From an uncultured Alphaproteobacteria bacterium (GTDB taxonomy: Bacteria; Pseudomonadota; Alphaproteobacteria; CAAHEQ01; UBA3637): a DNA stretch of 42,873 bases. The stretch covers positions 1-42,873 of the forward strand of contig CANREI010000001.1 in NCBI GenBank assembly GCA_947629595.1, in the 5' to 3' direction. Each line of letters starts with the position of its first letter. Position 1 is the stretch's first letter. Of this stretch, positions 29,301 to 37,019 are shown piece by piece. Both the position numbers and the translations under genes were made by a program. The notes below the pieces were generated by a model that was not told the DNA's origin, did no database searches, and saw only the letters and a program-made list of their open reading frames with translations.

Positions 29301-29423
29301 ATGACAATGCAATTCAAAAAACAAGTTCAAAATCAAGCACAAGCGGTATATATGCAAAGCAACGAACCGCAAATTGCAGGCGGGGAAGCGGAAAAAAAAT
29401 GCAAATTCGGCAGGACAAAATAA
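29301..29423 (+). other. Out-of-frame 5' leader segment of the second pilin-like gene
   Basis: GGGAG RBS 7 nt before the ATG, as in gene 234. It encodes MTMQFKKQVQNQAQAVYMQSNEPQIAGGEA, homologous to residues 36-62 of the first paralog. It leaves the main frame at the A8 tract 29392-29399 and stops at 29423. Confidence 0.6.
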
Positions 29424-31222
29424 TTGGGAAAACACAAATTCGGCAAGATAAAATCATTGAAAATCAATCACAAAGCGGTAAAATGATGATTAAAAATACA
29501 CAGAACAAAAAAGAAAGCTCAAAACATAAATCAATGCTTTCAATTTACAAGAAAAATATCATTGAAACACACTCTCAAAGTGGCCGTTCCATGATTGAAA
29601 TGCTGGGTGTGTTGGCTATTATTGCCATTTTATCAATCGGAGGGATTGTGGGGTTTCGATTGGCAATGAATTACTATCGAGCATCACAAATTGCCCATGA
29701 AATGAATATGATGCGCACCGATGCGCAAATAAAAATTGCCCAAGGGACGGAAGAGTTAATGCTCGGAGAACCTTATGATCCTGTCAACGATTCCCTCGGA
29801 CATATTCAGTTTAATGATGCGTATCTTGTTGATTTTGATTGTATTTATATGAAAACGGAAATATCAGAACCCGAACCTGCTTTTTGTACCGGTGCCAATG
29901 CTTATTATATAGAATTGCAAAACATTCCCGAAGGTGTTTGTAAACCGCTGGCAAACTTAATTGATAAAATGGATAATGAAATTGCCTTTTACATTAACGG
30001 AAACTCTGTTGATGCGGAAGAGGGAGAAAAAGGCGTTTGCAATGCAGAATTCAATACATTAAGGGTCATCTTCGGTGCCGATTCGGATTCGAACGCCATT
30101 AAATGCGGTGGTGCCGATGACCCCGCTTGTCCAACAGAACTGCCTGTTTGCCTTAACCATATGTGTGTGGAATGCGAAGAAAGTAATGATTGCGGCGAGT
30201 TTGAAGTTTGTGATCGGGAAACGGGAAGATGTATCGATGATTGTACGAAAGGCGCATGTAACAGTGGTGTTTGTGTGGGCGGCGTTTGTAAAGAATGCAA
30301 AAACATGGAAGATTGCGACAACGGTTTAGCATGCATAGACAATCAATGTATGCGTTGCGAAAACGAATCGGATTGCGAAGAAAAACATTGCATAGAAGGT
30401 TCATGTGTTGACTGTACGGAACCGACACCGAAATATAACGCGACAGAAAACAGGTGCGTGGAATGTATAGATAGTGAAGATTGTGAAAATCCGAAACCAT
30501 ATTGTAATCCCACAACAAATACATGCGAACCGTGTGAAAATGATTTACAGTGCGATACAACGCAAAACGAACATTGCCAAGTTTCCACCGGATCGTGTAT
30601 TATATGTGATGTCTATACAGAAGTTTGGGATGAAGAGTTAAAAGATTGTCGTTTGGCAAAATCTTGTAAGGAATTAGATTGCCCGATAGATACATTCTGT
30701 TTAAGTGGCAAGTGTAATGCTCCATGTCCAACCGATGAGGTAATAACAATAGAAGAAGAAGTCTGTAATAGCTTTTTTTGTCGACCAACAAATATTGGTT
30801 TTGTGCAAGGGCAAGTAAATGGAAGAAGCTATTATGGAAACAGATATAGCCTAAACTGGTGGAGTTCTCAGCGATTTTGCCAAGCAGCAGCCCGCGAAGC
30901 AGGTGTAACAAGTGGTCGATTGGTGAGTTGGAGTGATATTAATTGGCAATGTTATAATGATGCTAACAAACCGGATCCAACAAACAAGAAAGATGGATAC
31001 TGCAAAGCAACAAACGATGATTCCGGTAGTGATAATGTGTCGAAAGCAATAACAGATTTGAGAAATATGTATCAATGTACTAGTCAATGTTTTCCATGGC
31101 TGCAAGAGGCATATAGTTCTTGTCGGGCGTATGATGTAAATCTTTTCGACGGATATGTGCGACCCTATTCTTTTGGCGGTAACGGCAGTTATGCTGATTA
31201 TGCTTTATGTGTAGGTAATTGA
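29399..31222 (+). CDS. Modular type IV pilin-like protein paralog with expanded Cys-rich repeats and C-type-lectin-like C-terminus
   Basis: G62|RSMIE-MLGVLAIIAILSIGGIVGF prepilin motif. At least 4-5 repeats of C-x2-C-x3-5-DC-x5-8-C-x5-8-C (for example CVECEESNDCGEFEVCDRETGRCIDDC). C-terminal WWSSQRFC...C...CRAYDV..FDGYVR...YALC. The functional start is uncertain (29399, 29483 or 29534, or 29301 after a +1 slip). Confidence 0.75.
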   Translation: MQIRQDKIIGKTQIRQDKIIENQSQSGKMMIKNTQNKKESSKHKSMLSIYKKNIIETHSQSGRSMIEMLGVLAIIAILSIGGIVGFRLAMNYYRASQIAHEMNMMRTDAQIKIAQGTEELMLGEPYDPVNDSLGHIQFNDAYLVDFDCIYMKTEISEPEPAFCTGANAYYIELQNIPEGVCKPLANLIDKMDNEIAFYINGNSVDAEEGEKGVCNAEFNTLRVIFGADSDSNAIKCGGADDPACPTELPVCLNHMCVECEESNDCGEFEVCDRETGRCIDDCTKGACNSGVCVGGVCKECKNMEDCDNGLACIDNQCMRCENESDCEEKHCIEGSCVDCTEPTPKYNATENRCVECIDSEDCENPKPYCNPTTNTCEPCENDLQCDTTQNEHCQVSTGSCIICDVYTEVWDEELKDCRLAKSCKELDCPIDTFCLSGKCNAPCPTDEVITIEEEVCNSFFCRPTNIGFVQGQVNGRSYYGNRYSLNWWSSQRFCQAAAREAGVTSGRLVSWSDINWQCYNDANKPDPTNKKDGYCKATNDDSGSDNVSKAITDLRNMYQCTSQCFPWLQEAYSSCRAYDVNLFDGYVRPYSFGGNGSYADYALCVGN

Positions 31223-31281
31223 TAATTTGGCTATTTAGAAACATATCAATCTGAAAGAAGCTTCCGAAGTTATAAGGGAGG

Positions 31282-31318
31282 TATCGAAATAGAGCGGTGC
31301 GGCTTTAATTTATGCCTC
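31282..31318. repeat. Right copy of the ~37-bp inverted repeat flanking the second pilin-like cassette
   Basis: See 29026-29062. Lies 60 nt after the stop of the pilin-like gene. Confidence 0.55.
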
Positions 31319-31445
31319 TTATATGGAATTGCCGAGTATGTCGTTGGAAAAGTTTTTTGAAAAAAGAGATAACGGCAAACATAACAGCATGAAACAAGTG
31401 CAGCTGAAAATGTTTAAAATTTAAAATTCAGATTTTGTCTTAAAA

Positions 31446-31601
31446 AAACGTACGATTTTTGCAACACTTTTTTTTAAAATTTTGAAAAAATTTTTTACTC
31501 AAGTGTAATTTTTTGATTTTTAAAAATTTTTTTTACTTTTTCTTTCAGTGGTTGCAAGGGTCTGAAAAATGCAAAAAAAGCGTTGCATTAAAGGTACGTT
31601 T
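31446..31601. promoter_or_regulatory. Candidate invertible DNA switch 3 (inverton) upstream of the GIY-YIG gene pair
   Basis: Arms AAACGTACGATTTTTGCAAC (31446-31465) and GTTGCATTAAAGGTACGTTT (31582-31601). The first ~35 internal nt are identical to switch 1. Contains a plus-strand TTGAAA-16-TGTAAT promoter-like pair. Ends 56 nt before the ATG at 31658. Confidence 0.6.
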
Positions 31602-31657
31602 TATTGTAGTATACCAAAGTATATTTTTTAAATTTAATTTATAATCAGGAGGAAAAA

Positions 31658-32074
31658 ATGAGTGAAAATTTGAGCATAACAACAAGTTTGGCAGATATTT
31701 TTCAATTGCCCGAACCGATAGACCAATATACTTTGCATTTTGCAACGGGAGCATGGCGTGCCTTTACGGAAACACCGGAAATATGGATTAAAAACTGGAA
31801 TTCCAATGTGAATGCAGGCAGAACAAAAAAAGCTTTTACCCGAAAATATATTATTTCTTTTGTCAATTACGATCATAATGAATGGTTATTCGGCGGTATT
31901 ATTCGCTTATTAAACAATCAGGGGGAAGAAGAGCCGATTTTAACTGATTTATATGCTGATCTTGTGGGCAGACTCGTTGTAACTTTTCAGAAAGGGAGAA
32001 CTCCTTACTTACAATTAAACCACCAGCGTTTTAAAGAAATTAAAGTTAAACAAATTTTGGATCAACCCAAGTAG
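31658..32074 (+). CDS. Stand-alone copy of the N-terminal domain of the downstream GIY-YIG protein
   Basis: AGGAGG RBS. The 138-aa product is about 88 percent identical by eye to residues 1-142 of ORF 32104..32943 and lacks the nuclease domain. Confidence 0.7.
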   Translation: MSENLSITTSLADIFQLPEPIDQYTLHFATGAWRAFTETPEIWIKNWNSNVNAGRTKKAFTRKYIISFVNYDHNEWLFGGIIRLLNNQGEEEPILTDLYADLVGRLVVTFQKGRTPYLQLNHQRFKEIKVKQILDQPK

Positions 32075-32103
32075 ATGTTTTAATTTATAATCAGGAGAAA
32101 GAA

Positions 32104-32943
32104 ATGAGTGAAAATTTGAGCTTAACAACAAGTTTGGCAGATATTTTTCAATTGCCCGAACCGATAGATAAATATTATTTGCACTTTGCAACGGGAGCAT
32201 GGCATGCCTTTACGGAAACACCGGAAATATGGATTAAAAACTGGAATTCCAATGTAAATGCAGACAAATCGAAAAGATCGAAAAAAGCTTTTACCCGAAA
32301 ATACATTATTTCTTTTGTCAATTACGATTCTCATGAATGGTTATTCGGCGGTATTATTCGCTTATTAAATGATCAGGGAGAAGAAGAGCCGATTTTATTA
32401 ACTGATTTATATGGTGATCTTGTGGGCAGATTGGTTGTAACTTTTAAGAAATGGAGAACTTATCACCTTAAATTAAACCACCAGCGTTTTAAAGAAATTA
32501 AAGTCAAACAAATTTTGGATCAACCGATTCTTTCAAAACAATTTAGCTCTTACGAAGATGTGCATTTAACTTTTAATGAATTGAAAAACATTGTTGACAG
32601 ACAAATAACGCAATGGAAAGAAAAACTTTCTTTTGTTCAAGGAATTTATTTAATTTTTGATAAAGAAAGTCGAAAAATATATATCGGCAAGGCAGACGGT
32701 TCTTGCGGTATTTGGGAACGTTGGAGCTGCTATGCGCATTCGGACGGAACGGGATATAATGATAAATTGGTAGAATTGATAAAAACAAACGGTGCGGAAT
32801 ATGCTTCAAATTTTGAATTTACTTTATTGGAATATGCTTATTTGGGGCAGATAAAGGATAAAAATTATTTCAATGAGCGGGAAAGTTATTGGAAAAAGGT
32901 TTTCCATTCACGCATTGAAAGTGTCGGGTTGAACGCAAATTAA
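32104..32943 (+). CDS. GIY-YIG nuclease family protein with uncharacterised ~145-aa N-terminal domain
   Basis: GIY (180-182), 10 residues, then YIG (193-195). Followed by IWERW (conserved Arg), NERESYWKKVF (conserved Glu) and a terminal GLNAN. Confidence 0.8.
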   Translation: MSENLSLTTSLADIFQLPEPIDKYYLHFATGAWHAFTETPEIWIKNWNSNVNADKSKRSKKAFTRKYIISFVNYDSHEWLFGGIIRLLNDQGEEEPILLTDLYGDLVGRLVVTFKKWRTYHLKLNHQRFKEIKVKQILDQPILSKQFSSYEDVHLTFNELKNIVDRQITQWKEKLSFVQGIYLIFDKESRKIYIGKADGSCGIWERWSCYAHSDGTGYNDKLVELIKTNGAEYASNFEFTLLEYAYLGQIKDKNYFNERESYWKKVFHSRIESVGLNAN

Positions 32944-33084
32944 CAGCTGCTGACAACCCATGATTCAAATTTATGAAAACAATATATAACAAATGACAGA
33001 AGCAATGCCGGCTGGAATAAGGGCAACAAATTTATCAGTTGTTTAAGCTGAAAGTGAATCAATAATTAAGCGGACATAAAAAAA

Positions 33085-33378
33085 CGGGGTATCCTGTTGC
33101 TGGGAACCCCGCAAACCCCACCGCTCTGCTCATTTGAGAACGGAATTGATGGTCATTTGGCTACATTAAGCAGCTTTGGCGACCGGAGCAAAATTATCAT
33201 TTGCGTTTATATTTTCAGCCCGATAACGGTGGTACAATACCGGATACAAGAAAAAGCCTTTATTATGCGTGTCGATCCTGTTTCACCCCCATTGGTGGAG
33301 GTGTCGGGTACCGCCCCCGAGTCCACAGACATCTATTCTGCTTTTCGTTTAGCATCATAGTCAAAATTGCTTTGACAA
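33085..33378 (-). ncRNA. ssrA: Two-piece (circularly permuted) tmRNA gene
   Basis: The minus strand reads ...GGACTCGGGGGCGGTACCCGACACCTCCACCA-AT-GGGGGTGAAACAGGATCGAC... The 5' GGGGGTG pairs with CACCTCC, giving the G3:U pair followed by ACCA. The tag frame GCA AAT GAT AAT TTT GCT CCG GTC GCC AAA GCT GCT TAA encodes ANDNFAPVAKAA (33204..33166). TTGATT-17-TATACT promoter at 33412..33384. The 5' and 3' ends are approximate. Confidence 0.8.
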
Positions 33379-33466
33379 AGAAAAGTATAACCCGTTTTTG
33401 AGAAAAAATCAAGATTTTTTATGATAACTTTGTTCGATGCCTGCCGTTACACAAAACAGACCCCCT

Positions 33467-33503
33467 AAAAAAACCTCCCGCAAAACGCAAGGAGGCTTTT
33501 TTT
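33467..33503 (-). terminator. Probable terminator after tuf
   Basis: CCTCC / GGAGG stem with a 12-nt loop, flanked by A7 and T7 runs. The stem is weak. Confidence 0.45.
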
Positions 33504-33519
33504 AGTAAAACGTATGTGC

Positions 33520-34710
33520 TTATTTGTCGATTTTAGCAACGACACCGGCGCCAACCGTGTGGCCGCCTTCACGAATAGCAAAACGTAAACCTTCGTCCAT
33601 GGCAACCGGCACAATCAATGTGACTTTTAATTTCACATTATCACCCGGCATAACCATTTCAACACCGGCCGGTAATTCAATTGTACCGGTCACGTCTGTT
33701 GTACGGAAATAGAATTGCGGACGATAGTTTGCAAAGAACGGTGTATGACGACCGCCTTCTTCTTTGCTCAACACATAAACTTCGGATTCGAACGTTGTGT
33801 GCGGGGTGATTGTTCCCGGAGCAGCCAAAACCTGACCGCGTTCCACTTCGTCCCGTTTTGTACCGCGGAGCAAGACACCGATGTTATCGCCGGCTTCACC
33901 TTGATCCAACAATTTACGGAACATTTCAATGCCCGTGCAGGTTGTTTTTGTTGTCGGACGTAAACCAACGATTTCAACTTCTTCGCCCACTTTTAACGTA
34001 CCGCGTTCCACACGACCCGTCACAACCGTACCACGGCCGGAAATGGAGAACACGTCTTCAATCGGCATTAAGAACGGTTTGTCTTTCGGACGTTCCGGTT
34101 GCGGAATGTAATTATCAACGGCATCCATTAAAGCAATAATGGAATCTTTGCCCATTTTCGGATCGCCGCCGTCCAAAGCAACTTTGGCAGAACCGCGAAT
34201 GATAGGAATATCATCACCCGGGAATTGATAGGAAGACAGTAATTCACGAACTTCCATTTCCACCAAGTCTAATAATTCGGCATCGTCAACCATATCAACT
34301 TTGTTCATATAAACAACAATGGCAGGCACACCGACCTGACGAGCCAACAAAATGTGTTCACGTGTTTGCGGCATCGGACCGTCGGCAGCGGAAACCACCA
34401 AAATAGCACCGTCCATTTGAGCGGCACCCGTAATCATGTTTTTAACATAGTCGGCGTGGCCCGGGCAGTCAACGTGCGCATAGTGCCGTTTGGCTGTTTC
34501 ATATTCAACGTGTGACGTTGAAATGGTAATACCGCGAGCGCGTTCTTCCGGAGCTTTATCGATGTTTGCATAATCAACGAATGCAGCGCCGCCTTGTTCA
34601 GCCAAAACTTTTGTAATGGCTGCCGTTAATGTTGTTTTACCGTGGTCAACGTGGCCGATTGTGCCGATGTTGCAGTGCGGTTTTGTTCTTTCAAATTTTT
34701 CTTTACTCAT
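33520..34710 (-). CDS. tuf: Elongation factor Tu
   Basis: [22 protein letters not shown] and full-length identity to EF-Tu. Confidence 0.99.
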   Translation of the reverse strand: MSKEKFERTKPHCNIGTIGHVDHGKTTLTAAITKVLAEQGGAAFVDYANIDKAPEERARGITISTSHVEYETAKRHYAHVDCPGHADYVKNMITGAAQMDGAILVVSAADGPMPQTREHILLARQVGVPAIVVYMNKVDMVDDAELLDLVEMEVRELLSSYQFPGDDIPIIRGSAKVALDGGDPKMGKDSIIALMDAVDNYIPQPERPKDKPFLMPIEDVFSISGRGTVVTGRVERGTLKVGEEVEIVGLRPTTKTTCTGIEMFRKLLDQGEAGDNIGVLLRGTKRDEVERGQVLAAPGTITPHTTFESEVYVLSKEEGGRHTPFFANYRPQFYFRTTDVTGTIELPAGVEMVMPGDNVKLKVTLIVPVAMDEGLRFAIREGGHTVGAGVVAKIDK

Positions 34711-34772
34711 TATTTAATTTCCTTAACTGATCAGTGTTAAAAAATAAATCCTCTTGCGGAGGACCCCTTAAT

Positions 34773-34846
<74 letters not shown>

Positions 34847-34857
34847 AATCGGGTCTT

Positions 34858-34943
34858 TGGTGGAAGGGGAAAGATTCGAACTTTCGTAGACATAAGTCGG
34901 CAGATTTACAGTCTGCTGCCATTAACCACTCGGCCACCCTTCC
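34858..34943 (-). tRNA. tRNA-Tyr (anticodon GUA)
   Basis: Reverse complement GGAAGGGTGGCCGAGTGGTTAATGGCAGCAGACTGTAAATCTGCC... has a long variable arm, GGTTCGAATC T-loop and an encoded CCA. Confidence 0.92.
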
Positions 34944-35159
34944 GGCCCAATAGACACTCTTGCTTTACACAAGAGGAATACATTATGCCGTTAATTCAAA
35001 AAATTGTCAAGCACTTTTTTCGAAAAATAATTTAATTTGACGGTTTATTAACTTTTTTAACAAGTAATTCAATGAATTATATTATAAAATCAAAGAAGGC
35101 GCTTAAAAAACGTATTCTTTTGAATAAAATGCCGGAACAAGTGTTTTTGCGGCGTTTTT

Positions 35160-36104
35160 TTAATCCTCTTTCGAAAGCGTGGATTGCGAAACAAGATAAG
35201 ACGGTCGATGTTTCGTTTCCAAATAAATCAATCCCAAATATTCACCCAAAATTCCGATAATAATAAGCTGAATACCGCCGATGATTAAAACGGAAACCAA
35301 AACCGATGCCCAGCCGGAAACAACAAACATATCGGTAAAAATTTTCATATATAAAACATAGCAGGCATATAAAAAACCGACAGTGGTTGTGATAAAACCC
35401 AAAACGGAAGCCAATCGCAGCGGCATAATTCCGAAAGATGTTATGCCCGACCAGGCGAGCATCATCATACGCCGTAACGTATAGCTGCTTTGGCCTTTAA
35501 ACCGTTTTGCCACCTGATAGGGCAGAAAAACCTGCTTATAGCCCATCCAATAAATATACCCGCGCAAAAATAAATTGCGTTCCGTTGTTTTTTTAAGCGC
35601 CGTTACCACTTTTTTATCCAACAAACGAAAATCGGCGGCGCCGCGCGGCACATGAATATTCGTCATAAAGCCCAATATGCTGTAAAACAAGTTTGATGTT
35701 TTGCGTTTCAACCACGATTGATTGCTGTTTTCCTGCCGAAGCGTATTTACAATTTCGGCCCCCGACAGCCACGCATCAATCATTTGGGGAATCATGGCAA
35801 CGGGGTGTTGCAAATCGGCATCCATGGTAATAACGCAATCGCCCGACGCATAATCCAAGCCGGCACGCAACGCACTTTGATGTCCGAAGTTGCGCGAAAA
35901 AGAAACATAATGCACCGCCGGATTTTTTTGATGCATTTTTTGCAAAATCGATAAGGTTTCGTCTTTGGATCCGTCATTAACGAAAATCACTTCATAAGCC
36001 GAATATTTTTTTAATATCGGCAACAGTTGTCTTAACATTTCCTCAATATTTTGGGCTTCGTTATAAGCCGGCAAAACAACCGAAACTTTAAAATTTTTTT
36101 TCAT
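35160..36104 (-). CDS. Family 2 glycosyltransferase, polyprenyl-phosphate sugar transferase type (GtrB/ArnC-like)
   Basis: VSVVLPAYNE, FVNDGSKD and MDADLQHP motifs, plus two C-terminal TM helices. Confidence 0.85.
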   Translation of the reverse strand: MKKNFKVSVVLPAYNEAQNIEEMLRQLLPILKKYSAYEVIFVNDGSKDETLSILQKMHQKNPAVHYVSFSRNFGHQSALRAGLDYASGDCVITMDADLQHPVAMIPQMIDAWLSGAEIVNTLRQENSNQSWLKRKTSNLFYSILGFMTNIHVPRGAADFRLLDKKVVTALKKTTERNLFLRGYIYWMGYKQVFLPYQVAKRFKGQSSYTLRRMMMLAWSGITSFGIMPLRLASVLGFITTTVGFLYACYVLYMKIFTDMFVVSGWASVLVSVLIIGGIQLIIIGILGEYLGLIYLETKHRPSYLVSQSTLSKED

Positions 36105-36244
36105 TCCTTTCTCCCCGCTTTTTGCATGAAACTGATTATATGTTACAATAAAATTTTTAAAAACACAACTTTTTTATGCCGAAAAACAAATGTTTTGACA
36201 ATTTTATTTTTTCGGTTTATTTTATACGCAAAGGACTTTTTAAT

Positions 36245-37009
36245 ATGAAACCTCAATTCAAACAAAAACAATCATTTTCCAAAAACACAAATACATTTGT
36301 TCTTTTATACGGGCGTCACCCCGTAACGGCGGCCCTTTATAATCCGAATCGAAAAATTAAAGAACTTTATTTAACCAAAGAAGCGGCCGGAGAAATAAAA
36401 GTGCCGTCCGATATAACCGTACATGTGTGTCCCAAAGAGCAGTTAGATTCGCTTGTCGGCAAAGAAGCAGTGCATCAGGGGTTTGTTGCCAAATGTGCAC
36501 CGCTGAAAAATAAAACAATTGAAGAAGTGATTGAACAAACACGTTCTCAAAAAGAAACGCTTGTCGTGATTTTGGATCAGGTCAGCGATCCGCATAATAT
36601 CGGTGCGATTTTGCGCTCTGCCGGCGCCTTTCAAGCCGCGGCCGTTATTGTGCCGGAAGCCGGTGCGCCTGATGAAACGGGTGTTTTGGCAAAATCATCC
36701 AGCGGTGTTTTGGAGCTGGTTCCCTATGTGCGGGTTGCCAATTTGGCGCGCGCGATGGAAGCGTTAAAGAAAAACGGTTTTTGGTGCATCGGTTTTGACG
36801 GAAACGCCCCGCATTCCGTTTATGAGACAAAACTGCCTTCAAAATGTGCGCTTGTGTTGGGGTCGGAAGGATTCGGGCTGCGTCGATTAACGGCCCAAAA
36901 CTGTGATGATACGGTGAAATTGCCGATGAATCCGCAAGTGGAAAGTTTAAATGTGTCCAACGCCTGCGCCATTGCACTTTATGAATGGAATCGCCAACAT
37001 CACGCTTAA
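36245..37009 (+). CDS. rlmB: 23S rRNA (guanosine-2'-O)-methyltransferase RlmB (TrmH/SpoU family)
   Basis: SpoU motifs (DQVSDPHNIGAILRSA, LVLGSEGFGLR, LNVSNACAIALYE). ATG at 36245 is preferred over the upstream track start. Confidence 0.85.
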   Translation: MKPQFKQKQSFSKNTNTFVLLYGRHPVTAALYNPNRKIKELYLTKEAAGEIKVPSDITVHVCPKEQLDSLVGKEAVHQGFVAKCAPLKNKTIEEVIEQTRSQKETLVVILDQVSDPHNIGAILRSAGAFQAAAVIVPEAGAPDETGVLAKSSSGVLELVPYVRVANLARAMEALKKNGFWCIGFDGNAPHSVYETKLPSKCALVLGSEGFGLRRLTAQNCDDTVKLPMNPQVESLNVSNACAIALYEWNRQHHA

Positions 37010-37019
37010 AAACAAGGCG

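Noticed and set aside
234-31222. Diversity-generating retroelement targeting the C-type-lectin-like C-termini of the two pilin-like genes
   Set aside because: There is no reverse transcriptase gene in the window. I could find no template/variable repeat pair matching either 3' end. The C-termini also lack the usual DGR CLec/FGE-type motifs.
33097-33401. Plus-strand ORFs 33097..33360 and 33201..33401
   Set aside because: They lie antisense to or within the two-piece ssrA gene and have no RBS.
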